64,000 nt of DNA from a virus (taxonomy: Duplodnaviria > Heunggongvirae > Uroviricota > Caudoviricetes), in the IMG/VR virus record IMGVR_UViG_3300026521_000571. The stretch is one strand, 5' to 3'. The translations under genes were made by a program, and so were the position numbers. The notes under the pieces are model-generated. The model saw only the letters and a program-made list of their open reading frames with translations. It ran no database searches and was not told the DNA's origin. Below are positions 1 through 9,595 of the stretch, in pieces. Position 1 is the stretch's first letter; the number at the start of each line of letters is the position of its first letter.

Positions 1-131
1 CAAAGAGTTATGTTCCAACATAACTCAAGCCTATGTAAACATTTGGCTTTTGTAAAATATACTCTATTAAAAATTACAAAGAGTTATGTTCCAACATAAC
101 TCAAGCCTATGTAAACATTTGGCTTTTTGAA
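1..131 (+). repeat. Two direct copies (about 1..52 and 77..128) of a ~52-bp element (caaagagttatgttccaacataactcaagcctatgtaaacatttggcttttg) containing the palindrome gagttatgtt-cc-aacataactc; the same element recurs inverted at 41975..42040
   Basis: Direct reading of the sequence; 77-bp spacing between copies; reverse-complement copy at 41975..42040 and partial copies (ctcaagccgatgtaaacatttagcttttg) at 16121..16150, 16262..16290 and 41908..41940. Confidence 0.8.
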
Positions 132-178
132 AAACTCTAAATATTTCAACAAAAGTCAATATATAATTTAAAGGATAA

Positions 179-703
179 TTGATGAAATTAATGGAAAAAG
201 AGGCGCCTGAAATTCAGGATTTTTATCAAAATAAAAAAATTTATAAGATATATTTGCAGGAAAAAGATTCAACTATTATAGAAGGAAATCCTCATTTTTT
301 TATTAAAATTGATCCAAATGATAAACGTTATAGAATATCAACATCATTTGATTTCATGAATAAAAAATGGGGGTTCAATATTAATATAATTAGAGATTTA
401 TCAAAATTAGAAATTCAAGAAGATCAATTAAAGAAAATTATCAAAGAGTGCGAGTTAACTCGCACTCTTTGTAAACCAGGACAACAGAAAATTTTTCAAC
501 CTAGTGGTTCGGAAGAATCCTCAACTCAAGAAGAATCTTCTAATTTTATAGATATATTCGCTTTAAGATCAGATTGTACTTTTATATTTTTAATTGAACG
601 TTTTTATGAAGGCTCAAAAAATTCAACGCTTGTGTTCTTTAGCACTCAGTATTTTAATTTTAATGAATTCGTCGATTGTAATAATTTAAAGGAATGCTTA
701 TGA
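179..703 (+). CDS. Hypothetical protein (174 aa); contains a 30-bp perfect palindrome at 441..470 that is also present intergenically at 41935..41961
   Basis: ORF with AAGGA-like RBS; no recognisable motifs; embedded repeat element lowers confidence. Confidence 0.4.
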   Translation: MMKLMEKEAPEIQDFYQNKKIYKIYLQEKDSTIIEGNPHFFIKIDPNDKRYRISTSFDFMNKKWGFNINIIRDLSKLEIQEDQLKKIIKECELTRTLCKPGQQKIFQPSGSEESSTQEESSNFIDIFALRSDCTFIFLIERFYEGSKNSTLVFFSTQYFNFNEFVDCNNLKECL

Positions 704-1791
704 TTTCATCGATTACACATAATTTTTACAGCGATTTTCTTAGATCTTTTAAGAAATTTATAGGTAAAGTCACTAATGAAACCATTACTAAATATGAATT
801 TAATTATGGTTCAAAGACTGTAGATTTTGATAGAATGATGAAAGATGAATCATTCGAATATCCTACTTGTATAATAGAATTAAATGATACCGTATTAATT
901 GATAACGTTAGTCCAATCGCTAGAAATGCAAATATGAACGTCAATCCAAGTATGCATAATTTTATTATTGCTGAAAATCTAAACCGAAATCAAGGAATTC
1001 TTTTAGATAAACGGTGGATAAATTTACAATTAAATATAATTTTAAACCTAGAAGATGCATCTAGTTTAATAAATTATTACGATTTATTTATCAGTCAATT
1101 ACCGTACAATTTTAGCTTCTATGATTATAAATACATTTCATATATAGATATAACACCATTTGCTAAAGATTGGGATATAACATCAGAAAATGTTTTTAAT
1201 GTTTTTGTAATGCCTGACCCAACCAATGATCGCAATAATTATTATGCGATGGTTGAAAATCAACCGATTATTGAAATGAACTCAGTAACTAAAAACCAGG
1301 ATAAAGAGTCAGGTATGCATCAATTAAATATAAATTTTGATGTAATGATAGAATTACCAAATTTACTGAGAGGTAAAAATTTTCAGGAAATTCGCGGTAT
1401 TTCAATCGTTATTGATTCAAGTGGACGAGAAACACCTATTTTAATTGACGTACCTGATAATTTATTATCTAACAAAAATGTTGATCGAGGGATAGTTCTA
1501 GATAAATCATGTTTCCATCTCGGGCAAGATGGAGAAGATGGTTATTTAGAAATACAAACAGATGTTGATCTATCAGCTTTTAAGCTGTCACTTTGGGCGG
1601 TGGAAGATACAACATCAAATTCTTCCAAGAGATTTTTTATCCCGATTAATGAAAATACAAAAATAGACAAAGACAATAATACTAATACAAGTAACTATAA
1701 AATTTATTTATCAGAAATCGACTGGTTTTTAGATTTTAATTTCGATAATAAATTTGGTTTTTATAATCTAATTTTATTTAAAAAAGGATAA
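694..1791 (+). CDS. Hypothetical protein (365 aa)
   Basis: Long ORF, start overlaps upstream stop (operon-like); no recognised motif. Confidence 0.55.
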   Translation: MLMISSITHNFYSDFLRSFKKFIGKVTNETITKYEFNYGSKTVDFDRMMKDESFEYPTCIIELNDTVLIDNVSPIARNANMNVNPSMHNFIIAENLNRNQGILLDKRWINLQLNIILNLEDASSLINYYDLFISQLPYNFSFYDYKYISYIDITPFAKDWDITSENVFNVFVMPDPTNDRNNYYAMVENQPIIEMNSVTKNQDKESGMHQLNINFDVMIELPNLLRGKNFQEIRGISIVIDSSGRETPILIDVPDNLLSNKNVDRGIVLDKSCFHLGQDGEDGYLEIQTDVDLSAFKLSLWAVEDTTSNSSKRFFIPINENTKIDKDNNTNTSNYKIYLSEIDWFLDFNFDNKFGFYNLILFKKG

Positions 1792-1793
1792 TA

Positions 1794-2264
1794 ATGAGTA
1801 GAGAGATTGTACTCGGAAGTTTGCAAACAGCTTTAGCTGAGGCAAGCAATTATATTACAGATAAATTAGTACTTGAGTCACTAGTAAAAAATGGGAATGT
1901 TTCTCTTGAGGAAGCAAATTTCTTTGATTCGCTAGTAAAAGAAGTTCTAACAGAAGCAGCTGAAGATTTCGTACCTGATGCTTTACCACAACCATCAGAG
2001 CCAATTCTTTTGACAGATGAAGCTGGAAATCAGTACATGTATCAACCTGAAACAGGTGAATTAGTACCAGTAGCAGCTGGCGGTGAAGAAGCACCAGCTG
2101 ATGAAGCAGTAGCTGAATCAACTGAGGTTCAAGAAGAAGCTGGACAAGAGTTGACAGAATCAACTCAAGAAATTCCAACAGATGTAGAAGCTGAAGCAGA
2201 GTCAAACATCTTGACAGAAAACCAAGCTATTGTTTCAAACATAATCAAAAGTCTTAGTGTATAA
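1794..2264 (+). CDS. Hypothetical acidic protein (156 aa, E/A-rich)
   Basis: ORF 3 bp after previous stop; strongly acidic composition. Confidence 0.55.
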   Translation: MSREIVLGSLQTALAEASNYITDKLVLESLVKNGNVSLEEANFFDSLVKEVLTEAAEDFVPDALPQPSEPILLTDEAGNQYMYQPETGELVPVAAGGEEAPADEAVAESTEVQEEAGQELTESTQEIPTDVEAEAESNILTENQAIVSNIIKSLSV

Positions 2265-2273
2265 GGAGAAAAT

Positions 2274-3089
2274 ATGGCGAAATTAGATTTAGTACTAGAA
2301 AGTGTTAGAGATCGTTATATGATCAATGTTCTTGAAGAAGGAACAACAGAACTTGGCGCACTTAAGACAAAAAGATTCTTGACAGAAAGCACTCAAAGAA
2401 TTAAAGAAATTTTAATTCAAGAAGGTGTTATGGATAGTGTTAAAGCTGGTGTTCAAAATGCTTATTTGAAAGCAAAACCAGTTATGATGCAAAATGTTGA
2501 TCCTAGAATATCAAAAGGTGTTATGGGGCTTGGAGCTTTGGCTGGTGCTGGAGCAATTGCTGGTGAATATGGCGATGAAATTGGCGCAGCTTATGATAAC
2601 GTAGCTGATAAAATTAATACAGGTATTAATACTTATAAGGTAGCAGGGACATTTGACCCTAATATGAGTACTTACGATAAATTAACAACAGCAGCTGATG
2701 CAGGTTGGCATAACAATCATCAAGCAGCTGCTGATATGAAAAGAGCTATTTGGGATAAACAATCTAATGAGTATTTAAATCAAGTGCCTGACAATAATCC
2801 TAAGACTGTTGATCCTACATTATTAAAAGCTGAAGCAGATGCTAGAGAATTAATGAATCCTGCGGTACAATCTGCAAATACTGCTTTAAATGGTCTTGTT
2901 GATAAAAATGTTACTCAATCAAATGAAACAGTAGCTGATTTAAATAAACAATCGCAAGTATTTGCACAACCAGCTCCTGTTAAAGTAACTGGTTTAGATT
3001 ACGATAAAACACATGCAGGTGGTTTTGACAATAGAGTTCCAAAAGGATATTGGGATAAACAATCTAATGAGTATTTAGGTATTAAATAG
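2274..3089 (+). CDS. Hypothetical protein (271 aa) with an internal duplicated YWDKQSNEYL motif
   Basis: ORF with GGAGAA RBS; DNA repeat aaggatattgggataaacaatctaatgagtattta occurs twice (about 2745..2790 and 3045..3080). Confidence 0.55.
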   Translation: MAKLDLVLESVRDRYMINVLEEGTTELGALKTKRFLTESTQRIKEILIQEGVMDSVKAGVQNAYLKAKPVMMQNVDPRISKGVMGLGALAGAGAIAGEYGDEIGAAYDNVADKINTGINTYKVAGTFDPNMSTYDKLTTAADAGWHNNHQAAADMKRAIWDKQSNEYLNQVPDNNPKTVDPTLLKAEADARELMNPAVQSANTALNGLVDKNVTQSNETVADLNKQSQVFAQPAPVKVTGLDYDKTHAGGFDNRVPKGYWDKQSNEYLGIK

Positions 3090-3112
3090 ATCTTTATTTT
3101 ATAATCTAACTC

Positions 3113-3156
3113 TCTAGAGATAGGCTTAAGCCTATCTCTAGACCCTCCTGTGCCTC
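3113..3156 (+). terminator. Perfect 13-bp stem-loop (tctagagataggc-ttaa-gcctatctctaga) followed by the CCCTCCTGTGCC motif; putative terminator or processing site
   Basis: Seen directly; same hairpin-plus-CCCTyCyGT(G)CC architecture at 5078..5117 and 58472..58516. Confidence 0.6.
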
Positions 3157-3198
3157 GATTTCAACAAAAAAATCTTATAAAAGATTAAAGGACATCGA

Positions 3199-3696
3199 AT
3201 GTTATCTCAAAAAGATATTGCGCAAAATTTAAATAAAATATCCAATGACACCAATTTAAAAATCAAAGACCAAATCACAACATCAAATGAAATTTTGAAT
3301 CCTTTAAAAACGAAAAATATTTTTAGTGGATTGAAAAGTTCAATGACTTATACAAAAAATAGTAATCAACATTCTGTAGATCAATTAAAAGATTCTTTGA
3401 GAACCCCGGAGTCATTCGGAACTCTTTTTCATGAAGATTCTAATTTGCAACCACCAGTTGGCACAACTTATCGAAGAAATAAAATTAGCCCAGGTGGTTC
3501 CAAGTCGAGTGCTGTTCCACACTCACTCATTCAAAAAACAATTCAATCGAAAAATCCTTATAAACCAAAAGATGGACATGTAAAGACATGGATAGATAGA
3601 ATGCCCGAACGTAAGAAAAATCAAGGTCTAACATATCTGCAAAAGAAAAATACTCTTGAAAGAAAAATGGCTCTTGAAGATAAAGGAAATAATTAA
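3199..3696 (+). CDS. Hypothetical protein (165 aa)
   Basis: ORF with AAGGA RBS. Confidence 0.5.
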   Translation: MLSQKDIAQNLNKISNDTNLKIKDQITTSNEILNPLKTKNIFSGLKSSMTYTKNSNQHSVDQLKDSLRTPESFGTLFHEDSNLQPPVGTTYRRNKISPGGSKSSAVPHSLIQKTIQSKNPYKPKDGHVKTWIDRMPERKKNQGLTYLQKKNTLERKMALEDKGNN

Positions 3697-4034
3697 TGTC
3701 AAGTATATTATTGAATTCAATTAAAACTGAAAAAAATTCTTTAGTCCTTGATACGTTTATAGATCCAAGAATTTTTTTAAATATCTGCACGCAACATAAA
3801 AATATATTAATGGATTCCCCAAAAATTATAGAAATTAATGATTCATATAAATTTAGACCAGATAAGTTAGCTTATGAACTTTGGCATGAAGATCTGTGGT
3901 ACCCAATTATCTTAACGGTGAATAATCTAGGAAGTGTGTTGCAGTTCACACCTCACACAATGGGTTATAAATGTTTAGTACCTGATGATAAAGACCTATT
4001 AAAATTCATGAAACTAATTTTAACAACGCAATAA
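3696..4034 (+). CDS. Hypothetical protein (112 aa)
   Basis: Start overlaps upstream stop (TAATG). Confidence 0.5.
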   Translation: MSSILLNSIKTEKNSLVLDTFIDPRIFLNICTQHKNILMDSPKIIEINDSYKFRPDKLAYELWHEDLWYPIILTVNNLGSVLQFTPHTMGYKCLVPDDKDLLKFMKLILTTQ

Positions 4035-4052
4035 GTATAAAGGTAAAATGAT

Positions 4053-5081
4053 ATGAAAAACATCAAGCAGGAAATAAAGAATGCTAGTATATTTACGGTT
4101 GATTTGACTGAAAAAGATTACAAAGTATTCTATCAAAAGTTATTCGCAACCCTAAGAAAATTCAGCTCATCTAGAAAAACAAGAATAGTTCATAAATTAA
4201 TTGATGATGAAGTTATAAAATTAGCTCTTTTTACAGGTGAAGCTACTGGATTTTTAACAGCAAGTGCAATAAAAGACAACACAAAACTAAGACGTTTATT
4301 TTTAAACATTTATCATTTTGATGATAGTGTTAGTGCTACAGGTGTTGTAACATTAGCTGGAAAAATTAAGCAAATTAAAGATAAAATAGTTAAAGAGAAA
4401 ACATATCTGACTGATAAGCAAATTCTTAATATAGAAAAGCTTCAAGAAGAGTTAGATGAAACTGTAGAAACTCTTTTGGATAATCTAGATTATGTAAAAA
4501 TCATAGATGGTATTTATTTCGAATATCTTAGAATTCTGGCGCTGATAACTGTTACACAAGAAGGGACTGCGAAAGCTAAAGTTGTAACAGCGGCAGCCGA
4601 TTTAATTGCCAGTATAATTAAAAAGATTTATCTTAAAATTAGTAAAACGATTGAGTCAGAAATGCACCAATTAATAGAAGCTGTCAGTGTTTATTTTATA
4701 CTTACTTATTATTATGGAGAAACAGGACCATATGCTTTAGCAAAAATGAAGCAAGGGTTTAAAGAAGAAGTAATCGAAAGTATAAAAAGAGTAAAGGTTA
4801 CTAAATTTAATAAATTTACTGAGTTAGCTATTCTTTTAAAAGAATTGAATATTATTAATGTGACTGAATCAGCTTTCGAGCAACAGCTGAAGAAAATGTA
4901 TGGAAACTATGCTTATAGTACTTATATTGAAAGAGATTTAGTTGATTTTATTGCTGTAAATGCTAATTTAAATTATAGAACGCAACTGTTTAATGCGTTC
5001 CCAATAGTCGATGAATTGCATCAGAGAACAGAAGAATTGATTTTAAATGAGAAGAAAAAACTTGTAGTTTTAAAAACCTAG
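4053..5081 (+). CDS. Hypothetical protein (342 aa)
   Basis: ORF with AAGG RBS; no recognised motifs. Confidence 0.55.
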   Translation: MKNIKQEIKNASIFTVDLTEKDYKVFYQKLFATLRKFSSSRKTRIVHKLIDDEVIKLALFTGEATGFLTASAIKDNTKLRRLFLNIYHFDDSVSATGVVTLAGKIKQIKDKIVKEKTYLTDKQILNIEKLQEELDETVETLLDNLDYVKIIDGIYFEYLRILALITVTQEGTAKAKVVTAAADLIASIIKKIYLKISKTIESEMHQLIEAVSVYFILTYYYGETGPYALAKMKQGFKEEVIESIKRVKVTKFNKFTELAILLKELNIINVTESAFEQQLKKMYGNYAYSTYIERDLVDFIAVNANLNYRTQLFNAFPIVDELHQRTEELILNEKKKLVVLKT

Positions 5082-5117
5082 GGTTAAGCGAGGGCTTAAC
5101 CCTAGCCCTCCTGTCTC
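5078..5117 (+). terminator. Perfect 12-bp stem-loop (ctagggttaagc-gagg-gcttaaccctag) followed by the CCCTCCTGTCTC motif
   Basis: Seen directly; begins at the stop codon of 4053..5081. Confidence 0.6.
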
Positions 5118-5197
5118 TAAAAAATCACAAAGAGTTCTAGTTGACTCTCAACATTAAATAAAATAACATAAGCTAGAATAAACTATAAAGGAAAAAG

Positions 5198-6271
5198 ATG
5201 ATATTAGATTTAGAAACTAAGCCGCAGAATCAGAATAAAATATTCTTCGGTGAGTTCGGCCGTTATATTAGAATTGATGAAATTAGCCATGAAGTTGCAA
5301 AAAATTTAAAAGACCAAAGCGAAGGAAATACTTGGTTTACTAAAGAACTTGATTTTGAAAAAGATAAAGTTCGTGTGCAAGATCTTCCTAAGATACCAAG
5401 TAGGGTGCTTGATTTAAATGTATGCTATCAGAACGCTATGGATTCTGGTGTTACAAATGGTTTTGGTACGATAGTTGCCCCAATGGTTACAAGTTCTATC
5501 TGGGCTCTTTTATACCAAAGGATAGCTGGTGAAGAAGCAATTCATGCTGAAAGTTATTCATACGCATTAAACCAAATCTTCGGACCTAGAGCAACATCAA
5601 TATTGGATTTAGCATATACTGATGAATACATAAGAAATCGTCTTAAAAATGAGGTTAATGAATTCGCTGAAGTTGAAGAACTTGTTATCAAACAAGGCCG
5701 AAAAGATGATGAAGCAAAGAAAGCTATTTTGACTATGCTTTTGAGAATATTTTTCCTCGAGGGTGTAAAATTCCCAAGTAGTTTTTATATTTCTTGGAAT
5801 ATAAATAGAGTTTTTGATAACGCTATTCAAGGTATCAGTCGTCTATTAAAATTAATTGCTCATGATGAATTAAACATACATGTACCAACTGGTATGAATG
5901 TTATGCGTATTCTAAGAAGGGATCCAGAGCAAGAATTTAGTCATCTATTTGAGAGCGGCTGGTTTAATCAAGCCGCTCAAAAAATAGCTCTTGAAACAGT
6001 TAACGATGAACTTGAATGGAATAAATATCTACTAAAAGATGGTAGTTTTCCAGGACATACTATTGAAATTATGGATAATTTTTTAAAGTACTTTGCGAAT
6101 CTTAGACTTCATCAAGTCAAAGTACCTAAAATATTTAATGATAATGAAGCAAAGAAAACAGATATTATTGACTGGTTCGAATCATATAGAGACATAAATA
6201 AACACAACACAATGCTTCAAGAAGCTTCAAATACTTCATATATCAAAGGTGGGTTAAAAAACGACCTCTAA
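5198..6271 (+). CDS. nrdB: Ribonucleotide reductase class I small (beta, R2) subunit
   Basis: 357 aa, typical R2 length; EEAIHAESYSYAL iron-ligand (ExxH) segment characteristic of R2 proteins; lies immediately upstream of the large subunit gene. Confidence 0.8.
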   Translation: MILDLETKPQNQNKIFFGEFGRYIRIDEISHEVAKNLKDQSEGNTWFTKELDFEKDKVRVQDLPKIPSRVLDLNVCYQNAMDSGVTNGFGTIVAPMVTSSIWALLYQRIAGEEAIHAESYSYALNQIFGPRATSILDLAYTDEYIRNRLKNEVNEFAEVEELVIKQGRKDDEAKKAILTMLLRIFFLEGVKFPSSFYISWNINRVFDNAIQGISRLLKLIAHDELNIHVPTGMNVMRILRRDPEQEFSHLFESGWFNQAAQKIALETVNDELEWNKYLLKDGSFPGHTIEIMDNFLKYFANLRLHQVKVPKIFNDNEAKKTDIIDWFESYRDINKHNTMLQEASNTSYIKGGLKNDL

Positions 6272-6315
6272 TTTTAAAATAATTAAAAATATTTCTAAAT
6301 AAATTTTAAAGGGAA

Positions 6316-8610
6316 ATGATGATTAAATTAATTAAGAATAAAAAACATCAAGTTCAAAAACGCTCTGGGAGACTCGAAGATTTCAATCCTGAAAAATTAA
6401 ATAAAGTTATTTTATGGGCATGTGAAGGTAATGAAACCTTTGCTAAAATGATTAACGATGCTTTAAGTATAAAAATATATAATAAAATCCCCATAGAAAA
6501 ATTATACGATGAAGTAATTGCAACCGCTTCAAATTTCATAGGTCCAATGGTAGTTGTTTTTGATAAAATAGCTGCCCGTTTATTATTATTAAAGTACTAT
6601 AAAGAGGTTGCTGGTTTAAAAAAGACTGGAGTGTATCCGAATCTAAAAGAGTTCATAGAGACTGGAATTTTCGGTGATGTATATTCTAAAGAAGTATTTG
6701 ATTCATTTACTAAAGAAGATATCCAGGAATTAAATTCTATTATTTCTCCGGATAAAGATTTTAATTATAATTTCAGTGGTCTGTTCTTTATGAACTCAAA
6801 GTACTGTAAAAAAACTAACAATAGAGTTCAATTTGAATTACCACAGGTTACATATATGCGTTCGGCGATGTATGCATTCCATAAAGATTTCGAGGACGAT
6901 AATCAAAAAAGACTTGAGTTCATCAGCAAATATTATAATATATTAAGTGACTTTAAAGAGACCGCTGGGACACCAAGAATTCTTAATTCAGGAACTATTA
7001 ATAGTCAACTCGCTAGTTGTGTATTAAATACACCAGATGATGATACAGATAGTATTAATGATTGTAATAAAAATATCGGGAAGTATAGTAAATTTGGTGG
7101 AGGAATAGCAATTGATGTTTCAAGAATAAGAGCATCAGGTGCTGTAATTAAAGGAAATAACGGTTATAGTTCAGGGCCTGTACCATTTATCAAGGAGTTC
7201 GAACAGACTATAAGTTCCTTCGATCAAGCTGGGACTAGAAAAGGGTCTGCTGTAATTACTTACCCATTCTGGCATTACGATGTTCAAGATCTTCTTGTAC
7301 TTAAAGACGCAGGAGGAACTGAAGACAATAGAGCTAGAAAATTACAATACGCAATTAAACTTCAAGAAATTTTCTTTGAAAGAGTTCAAATGGACTCAAA
7401 GATAACTTTATTTGATCCTGTTGATGTGCCTGATTTAATTGAAGCTACTGGTGAAGATTTTATAAGAATTTATAAAAGATATGAAAAAACTCCAGGAATT
7501 CGTAAAAGAAAAGTCCAAGCAAAAGAACTAGCTTTTAATTTTATTAAAAATAGAGCTGAAACCGGAAATCTTTATGTAACCTTCTTAGATAATATTAATT
7601 CTCAGAATGCTATGAATTGGCACGTCGGTGCAAGTAATCTTTGCCAAGAAATTACAGTTCGTTCTAAACCGTCTATGTATTTAAAAGATGAATTCAATTT
7701 AGAAACAGGTATTCAAAAAGTTACTAAACAACTCGGTGAGATTGGTCTTTGTAATTTGAGTTCAGTGAATCTTGTTGAATATATTAAAATGACTCCTGAA
7801 GAGAAAGATGAGTTCCTTTATATAATTATGAGAGCAGCTGATAATCTTATAGATTTACAGTTTTATCCAATAGCGGAAGGCGAGTATAGTAATAAAAGAA
7901 ATAGACCGATTGGTATTGGTGTAAGCAATTATGTAAATGCGATGGCTCTTGAAGGTATTGCTATTACGGATCCAGAAGCACTTAAATGGACTCACGAAAT
8001 ATTCGAAGACTTGAATTTTAGAATCTTGAAGGCTAGTGTAGAATTAGCTAAAGAAAGAGGAGCTTTTGATACATTCGATCAAAGTAAATGGGCTCAAGGA
8101 CAAGTACCGATCGATTGGTCAATTCTTCATAATACCGAAGATTCAGGGAAGAATAAATTAAATTTTGATCTTAATCATGATTGGGATTGGCTAAGAGGAG
8201 AAATTAAAAAACACGGTGTTAGATTTAGCTTGCATCAAGCAATTGCTCCGACAAGTTCAAGTGGTAAAATTATTGGTGCGACTGAATCAATTGAGCCAAT
8301 TCACGATTTATTTTCAATACAGGAAGGCACAATTACATTACCAACTTTAGTTCCTAATTTAATTAAAAATAGAGCCAAGTATGTTAAAGCATTTGAAGTC
8401 CCTGCGAAGACATTAATTGATTTAGCAGCAATCCGCCAAAAGTTCTTGGATCAATCACAATCTGTTAATTTATATTACGTTGATCCTTCTTCAGCGAAAG
8501 AACTTTATGATGATATAGAGTACGCTAAAGAAATGGGATTAAAAACTTTATATTATATGAAGACACCGAAATCAAATTATGTTTCAGGTTGCGAAAGTTG
8601 TTCTTCATAA
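6316..8610 (+). CDS. nrdA: Ribonucleotide reductase class I large (alpha, R1) subunit
   Basis: 764 aa; N-terminal ATP-cone-like segment (VQKRSGRLEDFNPEKL); active-site NLCQEI (NxCxE) motif; C-terminal CESC cysteine pair. Confidence 0.9.
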   Translation: MMIKLIKNKKHQVQKRSGRLEDFNPEKLNKVILWACEGNETFAKMINDALSIKIYNKIPIEKLYDEVIATASNFIGPMVVVFDKIAARLLLLKYYKEVAGLKKTGVYPNLKEFIETGIFGDVYSKEVFDSFTKEDIQELNSIISPDKDFNYNFSGLFFMNSKYCKKTNNRVQFELPQVTYMRSAMYAFHKDFEDDNQKRLEFISKYYNILSDFKETAGTPRILNSGTINSQLASCVLNTPDDDTDSINDCNKNIGKYSKFGGGIAIDVSRIRASGAVIKGNNGYSSGPVPFIKEFEQTISSFDQAGTRKGSAVITYPFWHYDVQDLLVLKDAGGTEDNRARKLQYAIKLQEIFFERVQMDSKITLFDPVDVPDLIEATGEDFIRIYKRYEKTPGIRKRKVQAKELAFNFIKNRAETGNLYVTFLDNINSQNAMNWHVGASNLCQEITVRSKPSMYLKDEFNLETGIQKVTKQLGEIGLCNLSSVNLVEYIKMTPEEKDEFLYIIMRAADNLIDLQFYPIAEGEYSNKRNRPIGIGVSNYVNAMALEGIAITDPEALKWTHEIFEDLNFRILKASVELAKERGAFDTFDQSKWAQGQVPIDWSILHNTEDSGKNKLNFDLNHDWDWLRGEIKKHGVRFSLHQAIAPTSSSGKIIGATESIEPIHDLFSIQEGTITLPTLVPNLIKNRAKYVKAFEVPAKTLIDLAAIRQKFLDQSQSVNLYYVDPSSAKELYDDIEYAKEMGLKTLYYMKTPKSNYVSGCESCSS

Positions 8611-8651
8611 TTAAAATGACCAAAAGTCAAATTATTTAGCAATAAAAAATA

Positions 8652-8678
8652 GAAGGGTGAGGCTTACACCTCACCTTC
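8652..8678. terminator. Stem-loop (gggtgagg-cttaca-cctcacc) between convergent nrdA and the 8664..9335 minus-strand gene
   Basis: Seen directly; position between convergent genes suggests a bidirectional terminator. Confidence 0.5.
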
Positions 8679-9335
8679 CAGTTGCATGTTTAACCAAGTT
8701 TCATACAATTGAGTATTTTTACTCATGCACCATAATAATTTATCATCACCATTTTTTTTAAAGTACAGATAATCTTCCTCATCAAGCACCGGCACAAACA
8801 CTGGCTTTATCTCTTTTTCTACTATCTCTTCTACTGTATCATAAACTTCATTATAGAAATCATCAAAAACAGTTGGTTCTTCAACACCTGTTTCTATAAG
8901 ATATCTATTGAATTTTACCTCTTGAGTCACTTGATCACCTATTAGAGTTCTTTTGAAACCTTCTTGTGTTTCTCTAACATTTAATGCAGGAGCAGTAATC
9001 AAGTTTCGCTGCGCCTGTTGTTTTAACAAGAATCTAAATTTCAAACCAGGTTTATCATAACCAAACTCCTTTTTTATTTTATCTTTTAATTCTTCAGCTT
9101 CCTTGAATTCTTCCTCGGTAAATTCTCCGTCAGTTATGAGTTTTTTTTTATTTTCTTCTGTTAGATTGAACTCATAGTCATCAAAAGTGACTTCTACCAT
9201 ATCAAATATAAATGGAGTTAATACTCCAAAATACTCGTTCTTTTTTAAAATTTCAAGTTCTTTTGTGCTTAAATCTTTTTTTAAATATACTATTGCTAAA
9301 GCAGCAACACTTTCACTTACTATGTTTTTATTCAT
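8664..9335 (-). CDS. Hypothetical protein (223 aa); paralog of 9328..9594
   Basis: Shares EAEELKDKIK and LKKxxxFG segments with the adjacent small ORF; ~40-bp DNA repeat at about 9062..9100 and 9352..9390. Confidence 0.5.
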   Translation of the reverse strand: MNKNIVSESVAALAIVYLKKDLSTKELEILKKNEYFGVLTPFIFDMVEVTFDDYEFNLTEENKKKLITDGEFTEEEFKEAEELKDKIKKEFGYDKPGLKFRFLLKQQAQRNLITAPALNVRETQEGFKRTLIGDQVTQEVKFNRYLIETGVEEPTVFDDFYNEVYDTVEEIVEKEIKPVFVPVLDEEDYLYFKKNGDDKLLWCMSKNTQLYETWLNMQLEGEV

Positions 9336-9594
9336 CTATTGTCTCCTTAATTTTATCTTTTAATTCTTCAGCTTCTATAAAATCACTTATTGTAAAATTA
9401 CCAGCTTCTATAAGAACATTTGCATTCTCACCTGTTGCATCAAGATCAGCCAGTTCATAAATACAACTAGCAAGATCAAAAATCTCGTTTGTGTCATCTC
9501 CAAAACATTTTTCTTTTTTTAGAACTTCGAGTTCTTTTTGACTCATTTCTTGAATAAGAATTATAACCACAAGAACCTTCACTTTAATGTTCAT
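9328..9594 (-). CDS. Hypothetical protein (88 aa), truncated paralog of 8664..9335
   Basis: Sequence similarity to its neighbour; start overlaps the next gene. Confidence 0.45.
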   Translation of the reverse strand: MNIKVKVLVVIILIQEMSQKELEVLKKEKCFGDDTNEIFDLASCIYELADLDATGENANVLIEAGNFTISDFIEAEELKDKIKETIDE

Positions 9595-9595
9595 T

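Noticed and set aside
1855-2205. 116-aa minus-strand ORF rich in Leu/Gln inside the acidic-protein gene
   Set aside because: Antisense reading of a GAA/GCT-rich coding region. It is low-complexity with no RBS, and the plus-strand gene is the coherent one.
5198-8610. Introns or inteins in nrdB, nrdA or terL, which are common homing sites in phages
   Set aside because: All three ORFs are contiguous with motifs in normal order and typical lengths, and no insertion is apparent. The homing-endonuclease-like genes are free-standing beside terL.
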